62,145 nt of DNA from an uncultured bacterium. Its GTDB lineage: Bacteria; CAYUVA01. Each line of letters opens with the position of its first letter. The stretch's first letter is position 1. The DNA lies in the NCBI GenBank assembly GCA_964448115.1, contig CAYUVA010000023.1, positions 1 to 62,145 on the forward strand, written 5' to 3'. Shown here piece by piece: positions 1 through 7,804 of this stretch. Both the position numbers and the translations under genes were made by a program. A model generated the notes under the pieces. The model was not told the origin of the DNA. It was given only the letters and a program-made list of their open reading frames with translations, and made no database searches.

Positions 1-1
1 T

Positions 2-211
2 ATCAAGACGGATGCTTCGGGGAATATGCTCTGGCAGAAGACCTTCGGGGGAAGTAGTAGTGATGGAGGCTACAGCATCGCCCAGACCACGGATGGGGGA
101 TATATTATCGCTGGTTATACAGAGTCTTATGGCGCAGGTTATTATGATGTATATCTAATCAAGACCGATGCGCAAGGCAACACCGGTCCCCCACCGCCGG
201 AGAAGAAGTGA
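2..211 (+). CDS. 3' end of a protein with IKTDxxGNxxWxKTFGG...GGYII repeats (beta-propeller-like, probably secreted); partial at left edge
   Basis: Frame open from position 2: [60 protein letters not shown]; IKTDxxGN recurs, defining a ~50-aa repeat. Confidence 0.75.
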   Translation: MKTDASGNMLWQKTFGGSSSDGGYSIAQTTDGGYIIAGYTESYGAGYYDVYLIKTDAQGNTGPPPPEKK

Positions 212-215
212 TAAA

Positions 216-242
216 GGCTTATTCAACCACCAAGGCACGAAG
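216..242 (+). repeat. Dispersed intergenic repeat, AACCAC(A/C)AAGGCAC(A/G)AAG family, copy 1
   Basis: GGCTTATTCAACCACCAAGGCACGAAG matches the reverse complement of 51265-51290 (GGCTTTTTAACCACAAAGGCACAAAG); both lie just after a stop codon. Confidence 0.6.
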
Positions 243-442
243 AGAAAGAGAAGTTGTGATAAAGAAAGGAAAATGTTCCAACTAAGAGCCTCTAGAGGGT
301 CGATGGTGTCCGTAATAGTCTGGAAAAAAACCTCAAGCAATATGATTCATCTGGCAATTTCTATAACAATCGGTTTTACAGTCTTGCAATTTCTATTTAC
401 TCGGTATATATAGCTGTATATTTGGTGGCTAAAAATAGCGAC

Positions 443-471
443 TTGCCGTTAAAGTAAATCATCGCTAATAT
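443..471 (+). promoter_or_regulatory. Sigma70-type promoter for the rplS operon
   Basis: TTGCCG-N17-TAATAT, followed by an AAGGAG RBS before ATG 520. Confidence 0.5.
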
Positions 472-519
472 GTATTGCTGTATGAGCCGAACTTATGAAA
501 GATAAGGAGTAAATTAGAT

Positions 520-870
520 ATGGACCTGATAAACTATGTCGAGAAGGCACACTTGAAGAATGATATCCCCCAGTTCCGCCCTGGAGATCGGGTACGGGTG
601 CATGTGAAGATCAAGGAAGGCGAGAAAGAAAGGATACAGGTCTTCGAGGGCGATGTTATAGGCAGGCACAACGCAGGCGTGGGCTCCACATTCACCGTGC
701 GCAAGGTCTCGTTTGGCATAGGCGTGGAGAGGGTATTCCCGTTGCACTCGCCGGTGGTCGATAAGATAGAGGTTACTCGCCGTGGCAAGGTGCGCAGGGC
801 AAAGCTCTATTATCTGCGCAAGCTGAGAGGTAAGGCTGCCAGGATCAAAGAACGATCACTAAAAAGGTAA
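520..870 (+). CDS. rplS: 50S ribosomal protein L19
   Basis: [29 protein letters not shown]...[11 protein letters not shown]...[13 protein letters not shown] signature. Confidence 0.99.
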   Translation: MDLINYVEKAHLKNDIPQFRPGDRVRVHVKIKEGEKERIQVFEGDVIGRHNAGVGSTFTVRKVSFGIGVERVFPLHSPVVDKIEVTRRGKVRRAKLYYLRKLRGKAARIKERSLKR

Positions 871-871
871 T

Positions 872-1531
872 ATGCTTCGAGATCCCTTTGCCAAACTTAC
901 CAGGGATTCCAGGGGTAAGTATGACTATGAGAGTTGCCTTTTTGGCTGCGGTTACTCCGCAATAGCTGGAGTTGACGAGGTAGGAAGGGGACCGTTAGCC
1001 GGTCCCGTAGTCGCTGCTGCGGTGATACTGCCTGTAGAGCACAAGTTGGTTGAATTGGACGACTCAAAGGCATTATCTATCTCCCAGAGGGAGCGATTGT
1101 ACAACCTTATTCTTCAGGAAGCTGTAGCTATCGGGACTGGATCGGTTGATAATCATAGGATCGATCAGGTCAATATCCTTAATGCTACGAAGCTGTCCAT
1201 GATGCAGGCAGTGGAATCTTTGTCGATCCAAGCCGATTTCTTGTTGATAGATGGCATGGTACTTGAGGGATTGGACATCCCGCAAAAAGCTATTATCAAG
1301 GGGGATGCGCTTTGTTACTCCATCGCCGCCGCCTCAATAATAGCAAAGGTTACCAGGGATCGCCTCATGGAAGAATATCATAAGGAATATCCGCAATACG
1401 ACTTTCATAGCAACAAGGGCTATCCCACACCAGCCCACAAGCAAGCCTTAGAAAGAATAGGTCCCTGCCCCTTGCATCGGATGACCTTCAGCGGGGTGAA
1501 CACGCATGGCAGACGACCAGCCATTAAATAG
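872..1531 (+). CDS. rnhB: Ribonuclease HII
   Basis: GVDEVGRGPLAGPVVAAAV, DSK, KGDA..SIAAASIIAKVTRD; usual position after rplS. Confidence 0.97.
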   Translation: MLRDPFAKLTRDSRGKYDYESCLFGCGYSAIAGVDEVGRGPLAGPVVAAAVILPVEHKLVELDDSKALSISQRERLYNLILQEAVAIGTGSVDNHRIDQVNILNATKLSMMQAVESLSIQADFLLIDGMVLEGLDIPQKAIIKGDALCYSIAAASIIAKVTRDRLMEEYHKEYPQYDFHSNKGYPTPAHKQALERIGPCPLHRMTFSGVNTHGRRPAIK

Positions 1532-1543
1532 TGCGCTTTAGCG

Positions 1544-1924
1544 ATGAGCTACCGCATTAAAACCGGCAGGCTTGGTGAAAGGGAGGCTGCCGCATATCTC
1601 GAAGCCGCGGGCTATACGATAAGGGAAAGGCGTTATCACACCAGGAACGGAGAGATCGATATCATCGCCCAAAAGGATAATTTAATCGTCTTCGTTGAGG
1701 TCAAGGCGAGGAGGAACCTCAAGTATGGCGCCCCCTTCGAGGCGGTAAGAGGAAGCAAATCTCAAAGGATGCTCAAGGTTGCCAAGGAGTATATCTATCG
1801 GAAACGGCTTAATGAAATGGGCTTCAGGTTCGATGTGATCTCTATTATGCTGAACGACAAGGATCAGGTTCAATCGCTGGAGCATTTTACCAACACTATC
1901 ACCGAAGTCCCGAAGTATGACTAG
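1544..1924 (+). CDS. yraN: YraN/UPF0102 family putative endonuclease
   Basis: GRLGEREAAAYL...GEIDIIA...VFVEVKAR...RFDVI; usual position after rnhB. Confidence 0.93.
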   Translation: MSYRIKTGRLGEREAAAYLEAAGYTIRERRYHTRNGEIDIIAQKDNLIVFVEVKARRNLKYGAPFEAVRGSKSQRMLKVAKEYIYRKRLNEMGFRFDVISIMLNDKDQVQSLEHFTNTITEVPKYD

Positions 1925-2399
1925 GATGCGGATCATTATATTTATTTATTCGATTATGATCGCGTATCTCATTGCCTGCCAGCCTGTGCAGGGAAATGGA
2001 CTAGAGGATCCCTGGCATTTCGACAAGGGAGCATCAAAGAGCGCAGCCCAAATGAATTATAAGCATAATATCGATAATCGCTATGTAGCTAATGTCCTGC
2101 GCAGCTTCTTTTCATTTTATCAGCACCATATCTCGCCGATGGATGGACCCAAGTGCCCCTTCTACCCGACCTGTAGCGCTTATGCCCAGCAGGCGCTCAA
2201 ACGATACGGGGCACTGTGGGGTACTCTGATGATGGCAGATCGGCTCATCCGCGAGTATCCTGGAATGGAGAGGGCAAATCGATATGATATGATTTTTAAG
2301 GGTATCTGGCGCTACTATGATCCGATTCATCACGAGTATATCTTCAGCCCACATCTGGAGAGCATAATAAAGGTCGAAAACGAAGGCGAGACGGAATGA
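1917..2399 (+). CDS. YidD-like (membrane protein insertion efficiency factor) protein with an N-terminal hydrophobic/signal extension
   Basis: FYQHHISPMDGPKCPFYPTCSAYAQQALKRYG..G.LM..DRL YidD core; hydrophobic N-terminus. Confidence 0.8.
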   Translation: MTRMRIIIFIYSIMIAYLIACQPVQGNGLEDPWHFDKGASKSAAQMNYKHNIDNRYVANVLRSFFSFYQHHISPMDGPKCPFYPTCSAYAQQALKRYGALWGTLMMADRLIREYPGMERANRYDMIFKGIWRYYDPIHHEYIFSPHLESIIKVENEGETE

Positions 2400-3310
2400 T
2401 GGATAAATATATTGTCCTTGCCGGCGCTGTTTTGTGCGTCTTTATTGCAGCCTCAGGTCATTGCCAAGGCACCCTGGTCAGCGAATCCTTGTTCAGTGCT
2501 GACCTCAACCTGGTCTTTGCTTACGGGATCGAGCTTATGGAACAAGGGGACTACTACCGCGCCATATCTGCCTTCAAGTGGGTGCGTTTTGTTGTTAAGG
2601 AAGGCAGACTGGCACAGGAGGCGCTTCTCAACATCGCCCGATGCTACAGGGAAAGCAAGCATTACGATCAAGCGGTGGAGACATATCTTCGCTTCAACTA
2701 CTACTACCCCTCCAGCCCTCATGTGGAGCGAGCCAGCTTCGATGCTGCCATACTGCAAAAGGAGGCGGGTGAGCTGGAGTTCGCCGCTGCCAGCCTGGAT
2801 GGTTTTATCTCCGACTACCCGCAGAGCAGTCTGGTACCCAGGGCAAGGTTTCACAAGGCTATGTGCCGCTTCAATCTCGGCTACATCGAGCAGGCTTGCC
2901 GAATGATGGAGTCAATAGCAAGGGATTATCCAGGTGATACTGTAGGTATTACCGCTGCTAATTTATCAGAGCAGATAAGGCGGGGATTGGAGCTGCCCAA
3001 GAAAAGCCCGACCCTGGCAGGGATCCTATGCATAGTCCCCGGCTTGGGTCAGTTTTACTGCGGTTATTACGGCGAGGGAGTGATGGCGATCGTATTTAAC
3101 GGGATCTTTGGATACCTGACCTACGATGCGATAAGGAAGGGGAAGCAGGTAGATGACTATGGTTATGCCACCGCTGGGGCATGGGGATTCATTGAGCTTA
3201 TCTTCTATAGTGGAAATATCTACAACGGCATAATGTCAGCCAAGAAGTTCAATCACAGGGCTGAAGAGCGCTTCCTGCGGGAGATCAACGCGCAGGGGTA
3301 CCTGCCGTGA
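2396..3310 (+). CDS. Exported TPR (BamD/YfiO-like) protein with a C-terminal TM2-like membrane segment
   Basis: Signal peptide; TPR helices with YPSS/YPQS turns; KKSPTLAGILCIVPGLGQFYCG motif; overlaps the upstream gene (ATGA). Confidence 0.75.
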   Translation: MMDKYIVLAGAVLCVFIAASGHCQGTLVSESLFSADLNLVFAYGIELMEQGDYYRAISAFKWVRFVVKEGRLAQEALLNIARCYRESKHYDQAVETYLRFNYYYPSSPHVERASFDAAILQKEAGELEFAAASLDGFISDYPQSSLVPRARFHKAMCRFNLGYIEQACRMMESIARDYPGDTVGITAANLSEQIRRGLELPKKSPTLAGILCIVPGLGQFYCGYYGEGVMAIVFNGIFGYLTYDAIRKGKQVDDYGYATAGAWGFIELIFYSGNIYNGIMSAKKFNHRAEERFLREINAQGYLP

Positions 3311-3313
3311 GAA

Positions 3314-3358
3314 GTAGCTCCATCCCACGATTAAAGAGCGTCGCTACCCGGTCGCTAC
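3314..3358. repeat. GTAG-type REP-like remnant between convergent genes
   Basis: GTAGC at 3314 and two GTCGCTAC copies (3340-3347, 3351-3358); the parA-like stop codon lies within it. Confidence 0.35.
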
Positions 3359-4347
3359 AAGCCTATCCTTCTGCCGATTTCTAGTCCCAATGCCTTGAAG
3401 TCATCTTTAGCGGCTTGTGCAGCGCTCTGATGCGCACCGATAGCTCCATCAGCAGGTAATAGCTTGAATATCGGTTTTCTCGCCTCGTGAGCCATCGGCA
3501 TCAAGCTTCGATAGTGCTTGATAGTTGCTAGGCAATTTGGATCCGAACCATCTATATGCTCATTTTGATCGCCTTGTTGCGAGATAAATTTAGCATAGTA
3601 ATCCGGTATCTTATCAGCCCATCTTTCATAAGCCTGGGTCAGTTGACCACCCCTTATTGCATGTTGCATAAGTATATATCCAATAGGCTTGATACCTCCA
3701 CTAGGTAAGGGATCTTGAATCTTGCCTTTTAATTCTTTATCATATTCTATTAACCTATTCCGCCAGTCACCTCTCCACTTCATCATTCGAGGTCCAAGGC
3801 TCCTCAGCCCAAGTAATGAGAACAGGTCGGGCGCCATTGGAATGACAAAGTAGTCTGAGCTTATGATCGCCGAGCGAGTTATTGCACCCAGATTGGGACC
3901 GACATCGATAAGAACTAGCTCTGCTCTGGTTTTCCTACAAGCCTTGTACATTAGGAGATAAAAGGATGCTATTACTCTGAAAGAGCGGATATTGCCACCC
4001 ATACATGATGGCCATTCCTTGCTTAGATCGTCCTCAAAAAAGCTGAGTGAAAGATCACCTGGAACGATGGAGAGATGATCATCAATAGTTATAATATCAG
4101 GTTCCTGTATATCCCCAGTCCCTTCAACCAATGGAAGAATTGCTCCCCATATTGACTTGGGTGGCTCTGTTGTCCAGATATCCTCGAGCGATTCCGCAGA
4201 AAGTATCACCGAGGTCAGGTTGGCTTGGGGATCAAGGTCGAATAATACGACATCAATGCCCATATCAGCATATATCCAAGCCAGATGATAAACCAAGGTC
4301 GTCTTTCCGACTCCACCTTTGTTGTTGAAAAATGCCAAGGTCTTCAT
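3355..4347 (-). CDS. Orphan ParA/Soj-family ATPase
   Basis: Deviant Walker A FFNNKGGVGKTT, DLDPQANLT, LIDVGPNLG; no parB nearby. Confidence 0.9.
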   Translation of the reverse strand: MKTLAFFNNKGGVGKTTLVYHLAWIYADMGIDVVLFDLDPQANLTSVILSAESLEDIWTTEPPKSIWGAILPLVEGTGDIQEPDIITIDDHLSIVPGDLSLSFFEDDLSKEWPSCMGGNIRSFRVIASFYLLMYKACRKTRAELVLIDVGPNLGAITRSAIISSDYFVIPMAPDLFSLLGLRSLGPRMMKWRGDWRNRLIEYDKELKGKIQDPLPSGGIKPIGYILMQHAIRGGQLTQAYERWADKIPDYYAKFISQQGDQNEHIDGSDPNCLATIKHYRSLMPMAHEARKPIFKLLPADGAIGAHQSAAQAAKDDFKALGLEIGRRIGL

Positions 4348-5549
4348 TTATTACTCCTGCTACGAAGGATGACTAACACTTGGCTATCGTATACTTCCCA
4401 TTCAAGCGGTGGATTTCCATTTTTCTCCATCTGTTTTTTAGCCTCGGGTATTCCCAAGCCGAACTTCTGCACATAGCCGAGCACCTTCATCACCTCGGCT
4501 ATTTGCGGATTGCGATAATCGGTCAAGCCGGTGCCGAAATTATCAACATTTACCCTGCCATAGGGACCGCCGGGGCTACTTATCTCAACGCGATCCTCAA
4601 ACCAGTAAAACTTTATAGGAGCATTCGTAGTTTCATAATTTCTATGCATAATCGCATTTTTCACGATCTCAAGTAAAGCGACCTTGGGGTAGTCGGGAGT
4701 TCTTAATTCTCTTACAGTCTCTCCTATAGTGGTTTGGACTTGGATATTTATCTTAATTAGCTCCTCGATCTCTTTCATAATCTGGAACAAGTTACCCTCG
4801 ATGACTTTTTGATCCTTGACTGGATCGGTAATTTCCAGCCCATCGAAACGGGCAAACTGGATGTAGGTACCTGGAAGCCATCGGCGCGGATCTTTGCCAA
4901 AGACAAGGATACCTGCGGCGGTGCAGCAATTCGCCCTGCCATCAAAGAATCTCAAGGTATCGAGCTGTTTTTCAATACTTCTATCGTTTTTATCAAGAAC
5001 CTTTTCATCAAATGCCAAAGGAAGATAATTTGTTCTGAAAAGATCGAGATCGAGATCCTCCAAGCTAGTGCCGTAAAACGGTTTGGTATCATAGGGTAAT
5101 TGAGCTGATCTCCTTCTTTCGGTCAAGATTCTAATCTCATCCTCAGAGGCGACCTTCGGAAGGGGACCGACTCGTATCCAGACATTGTCTTTGTATCTAA
5201 CTGGCGGACTTTTCGTTGGCTCGACTATAATCGCTGCCATCTGGCAGTCATCAATGGTTATTCGTTTCACATCTATTGCGGGGAGTGGGAGAATCTGCCC
5301 GTCTGATCTTAGCTGCGCCAGTTGGGTAAGCAATTCCTCGTTGATATCCAAATCATAGCAAGTACCATCATTCTTTACACCGATAAATATAACGCCTGGC
5401 TGCTTGTTGCCCGGCATATCGTTGGAGAAGGCACAGATAGCCTTGCGAACTTCATCAGCTTTGCCCTTGAATTCCGCCTTGAACTCAACTCGGTTGCTTA
5501 TCTCACCCTGTCGAAACAGGTTTTCCAGTTCCATGTTGTTCAACGACAT
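4344..5549 (-). CDS. Schlafen/AlbA_2 domain + HATPase_c_4 (RecG-C-like, GHKL-fold) protein
   Basis: N-term GEISNRVEFK...ICAFSN...GVIFIGVKNDG (AlbA_2); C-term YPKVALLEIVKNAIMHRNY...FEDRVEISSPGG...YRNPQIAE...GYVQKFGLGI. Confidence 0.88.
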   Translation of the reverse strand: MSLNNMELENLFRQGEISNRVEFKAEFKGKADEVRKAICAFSNDMPGNKQPGVIFIGVKNDGTCYDLDINEELLTQLAQLRSDGQILPLPAIDVKRITIDDCQMAAIIVEPTKSPPVRYKDNVWIRVGPLPKVASEDEIRILTERRRSAQLPYDTKPFYGTSLEDLDLDLFRTNYLPLAFDEKVLDKNDRSIEKQLDTLRFFDGRANCCTAAGILVFGKDPRRWLPGTYIQFARFDGLEITDPVKDQKVIEGNLFQIMKEIEELIKINIQVQTTIGETVRELRTPDYPKVALLEIVKNAIMHRNYETTNAPIKFYWFEDRVEISSPGGPYGRVNVDNFGTGLTDYRNPQIAEVMKVLGYVQKFGLGIPEAKKQMEKNGNPPLEWEVYDSQVLVILRSRSNK

Positions 5550-5550
5550 C

Positions 5551-7698
5551 TTATATACTCCAGTACATAGCGGAGAGTCGTCTCTTTACATCGAGGTCCC
5601 AGGTCGCTTCTTCCCAGTTTACCAGCTTCTGCTCGCTTAGGCGCTCCAGGTTCAATTTAGCTCCTGTGAAATCTGCGCCCTTGATATCAGCATTGTTCAG
5701 GTTGACATTCTGAAGGTCAGCCTCCAGGAAGTCGGCTCCTTTAAGATCAGCGCCATGAAAGCTAGCACCGAACAGGTTGCTCCCCCTAAAACTACAATTT
5801 CTTGCCACTGCCATATTAAAGATTATTCCCGATAGTTGGCAGCGGCTCATGTCGGCATCCTTGAGGTTGACGCCACTTAGGTTGCTTTGTTTGATCTGAG
5901 CACCCCAGAGATCGCAACCGGTTAGGTCGGCATTTTCCAGGTTGCAGCTATCTATTATGCACTCACGCAGTCTGCTGTTGGACAAATCGACCCTGCCCAA
6001 TAACGCACGCTCGAAGATGGTTTGATGGAAGGAACACTCGGTGAATGCGGAAAAACCGAGATGGCATTTTCTGAAGGTTGCCTTATCGAACTTGGTATTT
6101 TTTACAGTTGCTCGTCGTATATCGCAACCGATGAACTTGCTATCGATAAAATCGGCATTGTTGATCAAGCTATTCTTGAAGTCGCACTCCCTGAAATCCC
6201 CTCCCCTTGATGTTGTATTGGTCATCTGAGCTCGCTTGAAGTCGCACTTGCGGGCTAAAGCCTCGCTGAAATCGCAGTAGCTCAAGATCGCCTCGAAGAA
6301 CCCGCATTCGAGCAATCTGGTAGCAATAAGGTCGGAGCGGATGAGATCGCACTGGATGAAAAGGACGCGTATCAGGTCGGCGATGCTCAGCGATGCCTCG
6401 CGCAACGAGCTTCCCTTAAAGTTAATGTTATTGAATCTAACCCTCTCGAACTTGGCTCTATCCAGGTTTATTTGATTCAAATCAAGATCCTTAAGGACGA
6501 TTCCCTCAAGATATTCTCCACTTTTAACCATCTTGATTAGCTTTGGCTTAACTTTATCCACGGATTTGGAGATATCCGGATCGTGCCAGAAACAGAGTTT
6601 CTGTTTTGAGTTGTCGTCCTTAGGCTCCTGGCAGGTGGGATGGATAGCTTCCTCGCCGACGAACTGGTACTCGCAGGTGATCCTTTTTACTGGCTTGTCC
6701 AGCTCAATATCGACTATCTGCGTTCTTTCAGCCTGCTCCTGTTGGGGGATAGGTAGGTCATCCTTTGCTATCATTACGGTTCTAAGTTCAAAGGAACCGC
6801 TTTCCCTTTTGCGCTCCTGTCTTCTTTTCATTATGGCGCTGGAGAGCTTATAGACATCCCTGAAGTCGCGGGCGAATTCCTCAATACTCTGGTATCGTTT
6901 ATCCGGGTCTTTTGCCATTGCCTTTTCGAGCACAAAGTCAAGCCCTTTAGGAAGCTCATGGTTCATATTGGAGGCTCTTGGCGGATTTTTTTGCAGTATG
7001 GCGGTCAGTATCGTATAAATAGAATCTCCATCAAAGGGCGCCTCGCCGGTTAAAAGCTCATAATTCATCACTCCTGTTGCATAAATATCAACTCGGTGAT
7101 CTACCTTCTGTCCTTTTACCTGCTCGGGAGCCATATATTTAGGAGTTCCGACCAGCAATCCTGTGGAGGTGAGATCTTTCTCAGCTCCAAGCACAAACTT
7201 TGCTAGCCCAAAATCCATAACCTTGATGAGTCCATTGGGGAGCATCATTATGTTCGCCGGCTTGATGTCGCGGTGGATGACTCCCTGGTCGTGAGCCATT
7301 TGAAGCGCACTGCACACCGCATCGTTTATCGGCACCATCTCCTTATATGGTATAGCTCCTTTTTGCTGATATATCTCCAGCAGGGTCTGCCCTTGTACGA
7401 ACTCCATCACTATGTAGGCGTAATCTTCTCCATCCAGCCCGTAATCGTATATGGTAACGATATTGGGATGGGTCATGCGGGCTGGGGTTTGGGCTTCCCT
7501 GAGCACGCGGCGAGACATCGACTCCTTGTCCTCGGCATCGGTGCTTACCAGGTGGACAACCTTGATTGCGACCGTTCTATCCAGGCGCTCATCCTTGCCG
7601 AGGTAAACCACGCCCATATTCCCCTTGCCGAGAAGCTTCCCTATCACGAAGCGTTTTTCCAGGGTGTATCCAGGTTTGAATTTATCGTAAGGATTCAT
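5551..7698 (-). CDS. Hanks-type Ser/Thr protein kinase fused to a C-terminal pentapeptide-repeat domain
   Basis: LGKGNMGVVY, VAIK, HRDIKPAN, DFGLAK, GTPKYMAPE; C-terminal ~300 aa of A(D/N)Lxx/ADFxx pentapeptides; no TM segment seen. Confidence 0.93.
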   Translation of the reverse strand: MNPYDKFKPGYTLEKRFVIGKLLGKGNMGVVYLGKDERLDRTVAIKVVHLVSTDAEDKESMSRRVLREAQTPARMTHPNIVTIYDYGLDGEDYAYIVMEFVQGQTLLEIYQQKGAIPYKEMVPINDAVCSALQMAHDQGVIHRDIKPANIMMLPNGLIKVMDFGLAKFVLGAEKDLTSTGLLVGTPKYMAPEQVKGQKVDHRVDIYATGVMNYELLTGEAPFDGDSIYTILTAILQKNPPRASNMNHELPKGLDFVLEKAMAKDPDKRYQSIEEFARDFRDVYKLSSAIMKRRQERKRESGSFELRTVMIAKDDLPIPQQEQAERTQIVDIELDKPVKRITCEYQFVGEEAIHPTCQEPKDDNSKQKLCFWHDPDISKSVDKVKPKLIKMVKSGEYLEGIVLKDLDLNQINLDRAKFERVRFNNINFKGSSLREASLSIADLIRVLFIQCDLIRSDLIATRLLECGFFEAILSYCDFSEALARKCDFKRAQMTNTTSRGGDFRECDFKNSLINNADFIDSKFIGCDIRRATVKNTKFDKATFRKCHLGFSAFTECSFHQTIFERALLGRVDLSNSRLRECIIDSCNLENADLTGCDLWGAQIKQSNLSGVNLKDADMSRCQLSGIIFNMAVARNCSFRGSNLFGASFHGADLKGADFLEADLQNVNLNNADIKGADFTGAKLNLERLSEQKLVNWEEATWDLDVKRRLSAMYWSI

Positions 7699-7728
7699 AA
7701 ATTAACCTTATATCAATTGCCAATTAAT

Positions 7729-7756
7729 ATGTTATTGTATTGCTCCTTATTGTCAA
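7729..7756 (-). promoter_or_regulatory. Possible sigma70 promoter for the kinase-AlbA_2-parA operon
   Basis: Minus strand TTGACA-N16-TAACAT in the AT-rich gap between priA and the kinase. Confidence 0.4.
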
Positions 7757-7804
7757 CAATGTTAGGAGAATCCAATGGAACTGCCGTGATGGTTGCAAAG
7801 CCTC

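Noticed and set aside
2-211. Possible DGR variable region (many NNT/NNC codons at variable repeat positions near a C-terminus)
   Set aside because: No template repeat or reverse transcriptase in the window, and the sequence fits an ordinary member of this repeat family.
168-413. 81-aa ORF, and the TTG-extended N-terminus of MNT (51256-51294)
   Set aside because: Both contain the translated intergenic repeat (FNHQGTK / FNHKGTK) and lack an RBS or homology; considered spurious.
3355-4347. Chromosome or plasmid partition locus
   Set aside because: No parB, parS palindrome, rep gene or origin-linked genes nearby; the ATPase is coupled to an AlbA_2 gene instead.
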